The notes below the pieces were generated by a model. The model ran no database searches. It was not told the origin of the DNA and saw nothing but the letters and a program-made list of their open reading frames with translations. DNA of 61,923 bases, filler included, from Bonamia ostreae (Eukaryota), in assembly GCA_040357525.1 (NCBI GenBank). It is 26 parts of 26 records of this genome, joined end to end, with 100 filler letters (N's around TTAATTAATTAA, not from the genome) between each part and the next. Parts side by side here need not be neighbours in the genome. Positions count along the whole stretch, not along the records: positions 12,034 to 14,331 come from JBDODL010000915.1; positions 14,432 to 16,729 come from JBDODL010000916.1; positions 16,830 to 19,123 come from JBDODL010000917.1; positions 19,224 to 21,514 come from JBDODL010000918.1; positions 21,615 to 23,902 come from JBDODL010000919.1; positions 24,003 to 26,290 come from JBDODL010000920.1; positions 26,391 to 28,677 come from JBDODL010000921.1; 19 more parts are not named here. One strand, given 5' to 3'. This document shows positions 13,444 to 27,394 of this stretch, piece after piece. The translations under genes and the position numbers were made by a program. Positions within the stretch are counted from its first letter, which is position 1. The number at the start of each line of letters is the position of its first letter.

Positions 13444-13839
13444 TTTACTGAAATTTTGCTTTTTGAAGAGTCCTTTTTCTTGAAATTAAAAGCATTCACG
13501 TCATGTTTCATATGGAGAACTTGTTTTTGTTATATGCAAATTTTAGCTTGGTCAATTCCAAGAACCTCATCGCTTCGTCGATGTCGGAAATAGAAGAAAT
13601 CAAAACACGAACCTAATTTAGGATCGATTTTTGTGTTGTTACATGTTTATTGGTTATCTACACGTTCACAAATCTTTTTTACCCAAAAAATTAAATCTTT
13701 ATTAAAATTTATATATAAACACTCGCTAGCTCCTCGATCGTCCATTTAACTGTCCAGGACACTGAAAGGCGTAAATTTATTTTTATGTACATTGTATATC
13801 AAAAAGTTTTAAATTTAAATCCAAATTTATTTTTGATTA

Positions 13840-14331
13840 ATGAAACATCTTTTAATTATTGTTTTTGTTATTGAAGCAAGTTTTGTTCAATATGAAGAGC
13901 CTTATGACGGTTGTTTTAATTTACCCATTTTTCTACTTTCTTGTTACTTTGACATTTTAAAATTTAAAAAATCAAATTAGCACATCCTTGGACATATGGC
14001 TCAGAAATAGAAGCCCAAGACGCTGAAACAGTATGTAACAATATGAACAAAAGGATATGTAACAAAGACGATCTGGAAGCGTTCTACCAACAAAACAGAT
14101 CAATATGCAAAAAAGCATGGGCGTATAACAGAGAGACAAAAGATATTTTCGGACACGTTGTTTCAGTGAACAGTTCTTGTTTTGAAAACGATTTCATCAA
14201 TGGAGTTTTTCCGCAACGTATCTTCACTCAAAGAACATACGATCGATTTTGGTGTCTTATCCCTAAAGAAGATTTTGAAAATACTTTTGGTTTTATTTTA
14301 TTATTACGCGTTTGATGCACAACAACACAAT
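13840..14331 (+). CDS. Secreted protein with Link-module/C-type-lectin-like domain (partial)
   Basis: Signal-like MKHLLIIVFVIEAS, intron 13910-13980, then AETVC..RIC..DL...C..AW...C...YDRFWC. Confidence 0.55.
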
Positions 14332-14490
14332 NNNNNNNNNNNNNNNNNNNNNNNNNNNNNNNNNNNNNNNNNNNNTTAATTAATTAANNNNNNNNNNNNN
14401 NNNNNNNNNNNNNNNNNNNNNNNNNNNNNNNTTCGACTTTTTTTAAATAAAAAATTATTAAAATGATTGAAAACGACAAAAAAAGAAAAT

Positions 14491-15651
14491 TTAAATTTTA
14501 GATTTAATTTTAGTCTGATTTTTCTCTTCTTTCTCTTCTTTTTTCTCTTCCTCCTTTTGCTCAGTACAAGCAACAACTTTGCAGAATTTCGGCGGCGTCT
14601 TATATTTCCAAACCGGCTTCACTTCCGGCGGAAAATTTATATCAAAGACATTGCAACTTCTTCCCAATTCCAAATTGGCTAAATTTATCCTCAAAAATTT
14701 TGGCAAATTTTTTTCTTTTCCTTTGTAAACGCACAAAATTTTGTTTTTCAATATTCTTAAAGCGCTTTTGGAAATTTTAATTTTGTAATTTTAATTTTTT
14801 TCTCTCCCAAAAAGCTAAATTTTGGAAATAATTTAGCAATTTTGGTTTCTGGAACAATTTGCAATTTGCTAAAAAGCTAAATTTTCGGATAAATTTTAAC
14901 CCGTTTTGTTTTCGAACTCCTTTGCACGATAATTTGTTTTCGTAAAAAATCGGAAATTGAATTTTTATTGGTTTGTCTTCAATAAAACGTTGAAACGTTA
15001 CGCTTAAAGGTTCTTGAGAGACTTTTAATTAAATTTTTTTTTATCGCAAAATCGATTTTGTCAAATCGAAAATTTTTACAGAAAAACATTTTTTACCGCA
15101 AAATCGATTTTGTCAAATCGAAAATTTTTACAAAATTAAAATTTTTATCGCAAAACTCGGATGATAAAAGACTTCTTTTGCAATCACTTTAATTTCCAAA
15201 TTATCCAAATTATCAGATTCATCCGAATTTAGATTTTTAATTTTAAGTTTTAGCAATGAAGCGCTAAATCCAAAAGTTTCCAACAAAGATTTTATTTGTT
15301 TGTGCGGAATCGCGATTCTTCCAAACCGTTTTTCTTCTGAAAAATTTGAAATATCACTCGGAACTAAACTAAATTTTGCATTTAAAAAATTTTGCAATTT
15401 TTTCAAATTTGGACAAAATTTTAAAATACTAAATTTTGGCTTATTTTAGCAAAATGTGTAAATTTATTGAAGGACCCGAATTCTCTCAGTTTTTTAGTAA
15501 ATTTTTTTCCTTTTTTGTGTAGATGAAATGCGTCTGCAACGGGGATGTCCCATTTGTTCTCAGGTTTGTCTCTTCTCAGATAATTGCACATTGGCGTCAA
15601 TGGAGGCAATTCCCTATATTTTATAAACCTGTTGACTATTCTCAAAGGCAT
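14491..15651 (-). CDS. Probable mitochondrial ribosomal protein bL25 (TL5/CTC-like, spliced)
   Basis: VIAKEVFYHP..VTFQR..FPIFY...CKGVRK..LPKFLRINLANLELGRS..DINFPPEV matches the L25 plus TL5_C pattern; basic N-terminus. Confidence 0.6.
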
Positions 15652-16417
15652 TTTTAACTTTAAAGCTTTTAAAGCTAAAAACGATTTATATTGTTTCTGT
15701 ATATTTTTGTTTAGCCAAATTGAAATTTTCGTTTGTTTTAAATAATGAAATTTTTTACTATTTTTGCAATTTTAACGTTATTTTAATGCGATTTTTTGCA
15801 ATTATTTTAATGTAATTTTTTGCAATTATTTGAATAAAATTTTTGCAATTATTTTATTGCGATTTTTTTTGCAATTTTAACGTTATTTACCTCGCTTTAC
15901 AAGTTAAAATAATTATGAAATTTTGCAAGTAAAAAATATATAAAAAATGTTTTAGTTTCGTTTCCAAAAATTTTGACGAGATTTCAAAAAAACAAAAATT
16001 TGAAAATAACGAAGAAAATATGAAAATCTATTTAAAAATTATAAAAATTGGACTTATTACAAATCTTCGAAATTAAAACAAATTAACAATTTATTCAAAA
16101 AAATTATTTTGGGTAAAATTGCAAAACTACAGATCAATTATCCACTTAAATAGTGACGCAATTTAATTAAATAGTGACCACAACGCATTTAAATTTTCCA
16201 AACAAAAGTGATTAATTTTACAGAAAATAAAAAAAATAAACAAAAAATTAATTTTACAAACAAAAAAAATATTAATATATTGCACAAACTTAAAAAAATA
16301 TAAAAATCCGTTATAAAAATCGCAAAACTAATTTTTTTTAACTAAACGGCGAAAATAGTTTCCGAATTTGTTAAATTGATTTAAATTATATGCAACCGCG
16401 CTCTGCTAAATTCGCTA

Positions 16418-16702
16418 ATGGAAAAACAAATTGATAACACAACAACAGAGTACACTTTAAATCTCCCATTCGACCTTAAATTTCTCGTCGTCGACATCGG
16501 CCCCAAAAAGATTCCAATTCTCCCTCCGACCGAAATTGGCGATTTTCATGTTCTTGTTTTCGAACCATTATCCAAAATCGCTCATCGACTTTCCCGTTTT
16601 TCAGATCGAACTCATTTTTTCACTTCCGCGGTTGGATCTTCTGAAGGAATCAGATTTCTCAGAGTTTCGAACTCTCCCGGCTTCAATGTGCGACTAAATT
16701 AA
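16418..16702 (+). CDS. Hypothetical protein (5' fragment)
   Basis: ATG-initiated ORF with coding-like composition after an AT-rich intergenic stretch. Confidence 0.3.
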   Translation: MEKQIDNTTTEYTLNLPFDLKFLVVDIGPKKIPILPPTEIGDFHVLVFEPLSKIAHRLSRFSDRTHFFTSAVGSSEGIRFLRVSNSPGFNVRLN

Positions 16703-16847
16703 TTTTTCGCAAATTTAATCGATTTTTCGNNNNNNNNNNNNNNNNNNNNNNNNNNNNNNNNNNNNNNNNNNNNTTAATTAATTAANNNNNNNNNNNNNNN
16801 NNNNNNNNNNNNNNNNNNNNNNNNNNNNNCAAAAATATTTTGATCTT

Positions 16848-18889
16848 TTACTGAATATTCGGAACTCCCTGTTGCGCCATTTGCTGCTGATCTGGATTTT
16901 TAGACACACCCGACAAAATGTCATCAATCCGCAACAAAACCGTCGCCGTCTCAAAAGCAGTTTTGATCGCTTGTTGCTTCACCGAAAAAGGTTCGAAAAC
17001 GCCCAGCTCAGAAACATCGCAGACTTCGCCGCTGTCGCCGTCAACTCCCAACAAACTGTCGTTTTCTTCGTGCGCAGACCGAAGCTTTGCGATGACTTGG
17101 GATACATTGGCGCCGGCATTTTCTCCCAATGTTTTCGGAATTATCTCAAGCGCGGAAGCGGCGCACGCAAAAACTCTCGCCGCGGCTTCGCTTTCTTCGC
17201 GCGACTGTTTTCTGAGCACAGTGGACATTGCCATTTCGGAAGCGCCGGCGCCCGGGACGACGCGCGGATCCATTATGATGTTGCGCACGACGCCCATTGC
17301 GTCCGTCAGGTTTCGCTCGATTTCCGCGAGGCCTTCTGAGCTTGACCCTCGCAGAAGAACGCTGCACGCTTTTGGCGAATCGCAGTTTTCAAAGAAACTC
17401 CAATAATCGTCGCCCAATTTTCTTACTTCGAAAAGAGCGCATTTTTTGCCCAAATCGGTTTCTTTCATCGAAGTCGAGTTGCTGCCGACGCGGGCGCCTG
17501 TCGCCATTGCTAGACGGTGGAGATCACTTTTGCGTACGCGGCGGAGAACTGAGACGTTTTTCTGGAGAAGAAAATGCTGAGCGATGTCAGAAACGCCTTT
17601 TTCGCAGATGACGATATCTGGTTCGAGGGCGGTGATGGCTTCACAGAGTTTTCTAATGTGTTCTTCTTCGAGGTCGAGGTATTTTCGCCAGTCCTCGGCT
17701 CTGTTCATTTCGATGTTCGTCTCGCTTTCTGCTTTTTTGTATTCTAACGGGCAATCCAACCTGTTTTGTAAATTTTTGTCGTTTTTGGTTTTGGGACAAT
17801 TTTACAGTTAAATTTTGTTTGGCAATTTGTGATTTGCAGTTGTTTTACAATTTGTGATTTGCCGACTTTTTTTCAACACACAAAAATTAATTTGTGATTT
17901 ACAATTTATTGTTGAGATGACAATTTTGAGATTGTCGACTCGACATTTGCGATTTTTTGGCGATTTTCGCAAAACATAATAAAGTTTTGAATAATTAATG
18001 AATAATTAATGATTCAATTACATGTGAATAATAATTAATGAGACGGAAGAAACATTCTCGCTAAAAATACTATATGGAAAATAACTAAATCTAAAAAGCT
18101 CTTATTAGCAGATATAATCAAAATTTCAAATCCGAAAATAGTTTGGAATGGAGTTGATGAGAAAAGTGATAAAAACAGCATAATGCGTGGATTTTCGATG
18201 CGTCTTCTCATGGCGGCGTGGAGGATATCTTTGTTCAGCATAACGCCCTTCAAAACTCTCGACGAATCTATTTCGCCGCCGGCCACCTTTTCGACTTTGA
18301 CCAGCGCTCTCAGATCGGACGTCCTCTTCCCCGATTCCTCAAAGGAAACAGTTCTGACTGCCTCCACGGCCAGGCGCGGGATCAAGTTTCCGAAACGCGA
18401 AACTTGTTTAGTGCCCAGAGCCGTCACCGCAAAAGACAACAGTTGTTTCGGATCAGTGGGATCCACCTCGCGCGCGCATTTTTTCAGAGCTTGGAGACTT
18501 AGGTCGGCTGCTCGACGATAGGCGCCGACGATAACGGAGGGATGCATTCCGCCGGAAAGCAGAGGGCGGACCGCTTCCATCAGTTCGCCCGCTAAAACGA
18601 CCACCGAAGTGGTTCCGTCTCCAACTTGTTCGTCTTGCGTCCGGCTCAACTCGATCAAACTTTTAGCGGCTGGATGGCGCACTTCAATTTCTCTGAGGAT
18701 GCTAGCTCCGTCGTTTGTGAGGACAACGCTTCCGGTGGGGTCCAAAAGCATTTTGAGCATCGCTTTGGGGCCGAGCGTGGAGCGGACGATGTCGGCGATG
18801 GCCTTCGAGGCGGTGATTATCCCCATCTGCGCCTCTTTGCCCGTTTCTCTTTGCGCGTTTTTGTTGAGAATAAGAATCGGCGCATTCAT
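16848..18889 (-). CDS. CCT3: T-complex protein 1 subunit gamma
   Basis: STLGPKAMLKMLLDP, QDEQVGDGTTSV, and RRRIENPRIMLLDCPLEYKK formed across one 416-nt intron (17761-18176, GTTTTT..CAG); also KACSVLLRG and LLRIDDILSG. Confidence 0.97.
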
Positions 18890-19223
18890 CAAATCGGCTT
18901 TAGTTTTTTGCGTTTAATGGTTAAAATTTAGGATTTTTGTCGAAAAGATCTGATTTGGATTTTTGTCGGCTTTGTGGGATGTCGGCGCCTCAAAAATTCA
19001 ATCTTTCGGGGCTATGTCGTTTTAGCATTTTAACCCTTTCTAGAAATTTTTATTTTTGGTTAAATTTTGATCTTTCACATGTTTCGTTCATTCTTATTCG
19101 TTCATCATTTTATTTTATTTTTTNNNNNNNNNNNNNNNNNNNNNNNNNNNNNNNNNNNNNNNNNNNNTTAATTAATTAANNNNNNNNNNNNNNNNNNNNN
19201 NNNNNNNNNNNNNNNNNNNNNNN

Positions 19224-21393
19224 TGTTCTCTAATTTTAATATTTTCATTTAAATCCATTTCGCTCGTTTCAAATTTCTCAAAAAATCTTAATTTTTAATA
19301 TTTAAAATTAAAACAAAACATTTAAAATTTGTTTTGAAATTTATTCTAAAATTAGACAAAAATTAAATTTTTAAAACTTGTTAATTAGTTCTGTCAGTTC
19401 CTTGTTTTTATCTTTTTCTACAATAAAATAGTTTTTCATTTTTTTGACAGATTCGCAAAATTGGTCAAATTTGTCCAACTTTTTATAAAATGCTAAATTT
19501 TAATAAAATGACTGTTTAAACTTTTCTCAATTTTCGATATTATAAAAATATGTAATTTTGAAGAGGATATCGGCGTTTTAAGTAAAGACGATCTAATTAT
19601 CTTTTAAATTTTAGCTTTTTTTATCAAAAATCTGAAATTTGGACTAATTTTTTTGGTTAAATTTTAAATTTAACTTTTGGCTAAAAATTGGTTTGAAATT
19701 TTGATAACAAGATTAATTGAATTTTTTAAATTATATCTGGCGAATTAAAAACATCAAAAATATTTAAAATTTCAATTGTGTTTGAAAGCGAAAATATGTT
19801 CCATTCAAACTCTGAAATTTCTTTGAAAAACGGAAATATTACAAATTCGCAAATTTTCTTCAAAACACTTTCAGTTTCTGTAAAATTTATTCTGAAAATT
19901 GAAGTTTAAAAATTTTAAAGAGATTTTAAAGCGAAAAATAAAAATGAATTTCGTTTTAGAAAACGGTCGATTTTTGGAAAATTATCTAATTTTGCTAAAT
20001 TTGTTGTAAAATTTTGCAAAATTTGTTTTGTGTTTTCGTCTTTAAAGTCGATGTTTAAGAAGAAATGGCCAACTAACGGGATTATTAGAGTCGGAATGCT
20101 TTCTGTTATGTAATTTTTTTTGTACATCTTTTTAATTTAAAAATCAAAATTTAATTGCTCAAAATTTTGTCTTTTGATTTAACAATCAAAACATCAAAAT
20201 CTAAATTTTTAGCCAAAATTAAAAGTTTTATGAATTCGTTCAAATCAAAAATGTCATCGTCGGTATCAGCAAAAATATTGTTAGCCTCAATTTTAACCAA
20301 TTTGCTAAATTTTTAATTTTGGAAACCATTTTTCTTCAAAACTTTTCAAATCCGTTTTTTCAAAATTCTCTTTTCGAATTTTTGTCAATTTATCCGCACA
20401 TTTCTTTAGTTTAATTTTTGTAAAATTTTAAATACAAAAATCGTTTTTAAAAAATTCAAGTTGAAATTTATAAAATTTAGCATTTGATGAAAACTTCAAT
20501 TAATGGAATTTTGAGATGTAGACAATAACTAAGCGCCATAATTCGTTCGTTTAAAAGTTGATAGATTTCGTACTATTAAATTTGCCGAGAAAACAGTTTT
20601 GTTTAAAGATGTTTCGTTTTCCAAAATTCCGTTTTTGTTGTTAAAATTTTTATTCAATTCGTCTTCAATTTTTTCTATTTCTTTGTTATTTTCAGTAATG
20701 ACTTCGTTTTGACCAAATTTTAATTCTTCAATCGACTTTTTTATATCTTTAAATGTTTCGCTTTGTTTTTCTTTAACTTCGGCTATTTTTTTACAATTTT
20801 TGACAATTTTTCTTGATTTTAAATTGATAAATTTTGGCAATTTTCGTCGATTTTTAATCAATTGTTTTGCAAAAAACGCGTTTGTTCATCCTTAATTTTA
20901 AGCTTAATATCTTCTTCAAAACTTTCGTTTTGGAGATCATCAGATTCATCAATTCTAAAATCGTAAATTTCGCGATTTTTCATTGATGTCGATTGATCAA
21001 TATCAATTTTTTCAAACATATTTCGTCTTTTTCTTTTTTAGTTTTTGCAAATTTTATTACTAAATAAGAAATTTCTGCGTTCGATAATATTAATTAGAAA
21101 ATATTTTTATAAAATTAAATTTTCAACTTTTTTAATTTGTCTCTTTTGGATTTGGCCAATTTAATTTGTTTTATATTCGGAATATTTTGATCAAATTGAA
21201 TATTTTTTGGGTTTGGATTCGCGTCTTCGTAAAATCCAGTTAAATTTGATTTTTTCAAAATTTTATTCTTTTCGGACTTTGGAACAAAATTATATGATAT
21301 ATTTTGATTTTTGTTATTTTTTGCTTTGTTTAATTTAAAATATGGAGCTTCATTGTCATCATCAGACACGCCAATTTTTATAAAATTAGACAT
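19224..21393 (-). CDS. Hypothetical K/N-rich multi-exon protein
   Basis: Chain of same-strand ORFs (21115-21393, 20529-20861, 19915-20127); no family recognised. Confidence 0.35.
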
Positions 21394-21614
21394 TTGTAAA
21401 TTTTTACTTTATTAAAAAGTCTATTCTTTGTTATTTAGAAATTTTAATGGCTAACTGGTTCTGTCATCGAATGGGCTAAAAATCATTTAAATTTTGACAA
21501 AAACGAATTTAGACNNNNNNNNNNNNNNNNNNNNNNNNNNNNNNNNNNNNNNNNNNNNTTAATTAATTAANNNNNNNNNNNNNNNNNNNNNNNNNNNNNN
21601 NNNNNNNNNNNNNN

Positions 21615-23902
21615 TTATTCCTTCAGAAATATATACATGAAAATGGTAAATTAGAATAAGAGTTACCTAGATATATCTAGTTTCAACTGGGAGAGAAAAA
21701 CATTGGGGTATATGACGATTTCGTTATCTCAGAAAGGCATTAACAACGTAATTCAAATTGGGAAAATAGTATCTAAGTTCGTGTACATGTAAATATAGTG
21801 AGATCATTTACGCATGTTTGCCATATTGCGTCTGTAGCAGCGGCAGAATAAAATCCTCTTTGGATTCTCAAATATTTTTCCAAAAAATAGATGACTACAT
21901 GTAATTATACATGCATAATTTCACGCTTCACAAAGGTTAACCAATTATCTCCTTCTTTAAACATCAAAATATAGGAAAGTGACAAGGCCAATAATATTTG
22001 ATAAGTACAGAAATTTAAGAAATATCGCTGTTTTAGAATAGTCATATCCAAAACCCGTTAGCTGCACTTCTACACAGAGAGCTTGCGAAAAAAGACCAGC
22101 TACTATGTTAACTTTATATTTGCCACGGCAGCCGTGCGATTTATGCGTGCGACGTCGTAAAATGTGCGGTCACTAGCTTTTATGTTTACAGTATACATTT
22201 GTAGTGATATCTTTATCACCTAAAATTTAATCACAGAGTCAGAAGTTCATCGTCTGTAGGAATTTGGGATCGCAACTTCCTAGGAGCACTCACTGTCTGC
22301 TCTATTGTTCTCATACTCATCTCACGTTACACTCTCAAGTCTCTGGTTCCCCGAAACTGGTCCGGTGGACTCGAAAAAACTTAAGTAAATCGTGTGCCAG
22401 TCAAGTATAACCAATTACTACACTCTTCTCCTTTTCAAAACATGGGATGCCCATGTATCCAAGATAGAGTCATTCGAAGTACACATTCTAAAACTTAAAA
22501 ACTTTCATTTCACATAAATTATAAATTCTGTACCAACACAAAAAGGAATTCAATACCAACCAGTTTCAAAATATACACAGCATAGCATATTTTTACTAGC
22601 ACAGCTACTTATCTTTACTTGAAAAACGAAAAAAAAAATTCACACCCTGCTTCACGTTGCTCTCTGTTATATCCATCATTCGCTACCAGCACACTGACAT
22701 TCATTGAATGTGAATGGACATGACCAACCTATGAGGTTTTCAGGTTCTTTATATCCGACATGAAGTCGTGTCTAAAGTTCAATTATTAAAGGCCCTGGTT
22801 TGGAAAAAAGTGTTAATATAAGAGGAAGTGGTATATCCACTGGATGAGTACTCCACGAGATTTCAGGGGCACCAACTCGAACTTCCCAGGATATGTCCAA
22901 TACAGCCATCTGCTGGTCCACACGTCCAGATCCCCCGCTTTCCCTGACTGCACCAAGCACCTAGACAGGAATAGTAAGACCTAGTAACGCTACTCCGTCC
23001 GCTTGCCTATTTCCATCTTCCTGACTGGGGATTATCCCATAAGATTATAGGCGATTGTACTGTGCATCTGTATGTGAAACTTGAGCTTTCTCCCTAGGAA
23101 ATGACATCCCATGATAGGAAAGGTAGAGTTTCTCACTTGAAGATTTTCTTTACCTTGGTAGAAGTGACACCTGCCTTCTGAGGCGACGCATGATCAGCCC
23201 AGTTTGAGTCGGATGTAATCTCTTCTGCATCGACTAGCATCTCTGACACCAACAATGACACTCCTGTACGAAATGAATCACTAACTCTCCATCTTCACCA
23301 TACTGAACATAGGCGTCATCTTCCGCCAAATATCCTATGGTGCTTCAACCTACAACACAGTAAATTCGCACTCTTTCTCGAAAACAAAATACCAAATAAT
23401 TATATTCAAGTAAATGGCTCATATTGACATCTTACATTTTTATGCCTGTCAGGCACGAGGGACAGATTTACTATCTCAGATGTCTGAATCCTAGAGAGAC
23501 ACACAAACACAATCACCATGGTGCCATTTGTCACACTTCCCCTTTCCGGTAAGACACAGGAGTCCTCTGTGTCCTGTAGCGCAGTCCCACTATCCAATAT
23601 AGGTAGTGAAATTACTCATTCGGTCATGGTTGATGACTGTTATGAACTTTTCCATTTGGACTTTATACATTATATGTACATATAGGTGGCGATCTTCTCT
23701 GATACCAAAAAGGACCCTTCCACAGAGAATGCAACTTCTTAATTATTTCTCTCACATGTACCATGTATAGAATATACATGTACACTAAATCTCCAGGTTT
23801 ATTCTCCCCTTCACCTATACGAACATCATAGTCCCTTTTCATTAAGCATGAACGGTGAATCTAACGAACATAGATCAATCTATCTCCTACAAGCAATACA
23901 AA
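21615..23902. other. Compositionally distinct contig, probably host or co-sampled DNA
   Basis: Lacks the long A/T homopolymers and the dense micro-intron genes of the main organism; only short exon-like pieces. Confidence 0.5.
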
Positions 23903-24523
23903 NNNNNNNNNNNNNNNNNNNNNNNNNNNNNNNNNNNNNNNNNNNNTTAATTAATTAANNNNNNNNNNNNNNNNNNNNNNNNNNNNNNNNNNNNNNNNNN
24001 NNACATTAAAAATCTCATTTTTCGATTGCGCTTTGATTGCCATTTCTTGATTTCATTGATACGCTTTTTATAATTGTCAAATGCCAAATTTTTGATAACC
24101 GCTTCATTTTCCATTTCCTCAGTTCGGATATTCTTAAGCTGCTTTAATATACAAACATTTATTATATGTAGATTATTTAAAAACAATCGAACGCTGAGAA
24201 TTTCTTCCGCCATTTTTTATTTTTGAAGATTTTTATATAATCGTAAATTAAAACGAACAGTTTCAAATAGAATTGATTATAAAAATTGAATAAATAGAAC
24301 TTTTTAAAAATTGAATTTTCAAAAAATCTTATTGTTAATAAAAATGATTGTTGTAAATTCGTTAATAAAAATATCGTGAGCGCATTTACTAAAATTCAAA
24401 CAAAAGTCTTAAAGAACTGCTTCAAGTCGTTTGTTTCATCTGTTTTCAACCTTTTTAACAAATTTAAAATTTATTAAGAAAAAATCGTCAAAACAAACTC
24501 ACTTTTTTTCAAATCGTTTAATT

Positions 24524-26290
24524 TTAAAAGATTTTTATTCCCAAAATCTCTCTTCTCACGTTTAAACACTTTGAAACTGTTAAAATATAACATTCATTTT
24601 GTTTGTAAAAAGTGTTGATTTCGTCCAAAGCTTTCGTCAAAGTAGCAAGCTTATACTTCAAATTCGATCTACTTCTTTTTGTTTCCATGGAATCTTCTAA
24701 AAAACGTCTTATGTCTTCTTCGTCTCTTTCAAACAATCCCAATCTTTGCACCAAGTATTCCAAAACTGAATTCTTTTTTTAATAAATGCAATCGCTAATT
24801 ATCAAAATTTTTAATTACAAAAAAATTTGAAAAATGACTTAAAAATCAAAAAAATTATCAAAAGTTTTTTTTATAAAAAAATTTGAAAAATGACTTAAAA
24901 ATCAAAAAAATTTCAAAATTTTTAATTACAAAAAAATTTGAAAAATGACTTAAAAATCAAAAAAATTATCAAAAGTTTTTTTTTATCAAAAAAATTACAA
25001 ATATTCAAAAAAAAATCTAAACGGCAAAATTGCGTAATAACAATCTGTCGATAACGAGCGGAATATTATCAGCGAACCGCATAAAACTTATTTTGAAATA
25101 AGCCATTGATGTCGACATCACTTTTAAAACGTCAGAAATTTCAGTTTTCGAACATTTTTCTTTAAAATTTTCTAAAAATATTGTTACCGTTATTTCTATG
25201 TACATCAACGTCATTTTGCTTGTGCACATGTAACAAATTGCTTTTCAGAATACAGTTGTAACGATCGATCATTCTGTTGAGATATAAACTGTTCGTTGTA
25301 AACGGGCCTTCTTCTTCAGCAGCGATTAACAGTTTCACTGTTTCTTTCGCTTTGTTGTAGTTTTCATTCATCAGTTCAATCAAAAAAGTGCTTTACAGAT
25401 TAATTAACAACAAGTTGAGGACAATTTTCAATAATCAAAAACTAAATTTTATCCCGCAAATCTTCATATTTGGAAAAAATTTTGTTTGTCTGGCAAAAAA
25501 TCTCTTTTTCCAATAACTTTTTAATCTCGTCTACACATTCTATCGATGGATGATCCCATTGCTTCAAAAAACAACTTTACAATTATTGAAGAATTTTCAC
25601 GGAAAAAAAACTTTATAATTTTAAAAATCGGTTCTGAAGTACTTGTCGGCACCAAATTTCGTCCTTTTTCTTTTAAAATCATATTTTCAATGTCTTCGAA
25701 ACTCCAACTTTTTTTCGTTGTCACCGCATTTGAAACTAGTATCATCGAGTCTTTGTCCTTACAACCTTCTGCTCCGACCGTAAACAGTGGTTTTGTTTCT
25801 TTAATCCTTTCAAAAAACAAAGTGAACACATTCCAAATCTCTTTGAAAAAATTTTTCGAGTCATCTTTTGCATCAACTGCTTTGGCCATCTTTATTTCGC
25901 AACAATGTTTTTGACAATAAAACATTTTTGCTCAGATCGTTGAGCAGCAACAACAAACTGTTTCTTGAACTATTTAACCCAATTTCCGGGCCCAATTCGG
26001 TACTTTCTGCTCTCACTTTTATCAACTCCTTTTTTATTTTATTTCTAATTGGTGTCGAACAAGTAGTTCACACTCGGGTTGTAACAATTGCAAACAAAAA
26101 ATAACGTCAGTGACGGCAATTGATTGCAAATATTCGACAACAACAAAGTGTTCAAACATTTTTTCAAATTTTTCCTCGCGAATCTTCTGGCAAAATCGCC
26201 ATGTTCGCGTGCGCCCCAGTGTTCGCTTGTCTGGAAATATTCTTCTTCTTTTCGTTCTGCAGTTGCGGAAGATATTCCAGCGTTAAGTTG
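24524..26290 (-). CDS. Dynamin-related GTPase, Mx/DRP4-like, C-terminal half (stalk plus GED)
   Basis: ERKEEEYFQTSEHW..LNTLLLSNICNQLP, EEEGPFTTN, MAYFKISFMRFADNIPLVIDRLLL and R..LKYKLATL.KALDEI. Confidence 0.72.
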
Positions 26291-26390
26291 NNNNNNNNNN
26301 NNNNNNNNNNNNNNNNNNNNNNNNNNNNNNNNNNTTAATTAATTAANNNNNNNNNNNNNNNNNNNNNNNNNNNNNNNNNNNNNNNNNNNN

Positions 26391-27134
<744 letters not shown>

Positions 27135-27394
27135 CTAGATTTAAACTTTTGCTATATAATTTCGAATTTAGCTTTTTCAGTTTGTTGCACTTTCAAACAA
27201 ATTATCTTTTCTGTTTGTTTTCGTGTTTTCGAATTTTATCTGTAAAAATCTCGATCTTCAACAGATAAATCGATTCTAAAAATCGATCCCTTCTTCAGAA
27301 ACTAAATTATGTCAGAAACGCCTACAACCGTAGATTCGTACGAAAAGTGCCATAACTTAAATCATCCCTTGCTAGAATCCGAAAACAGACAGAA

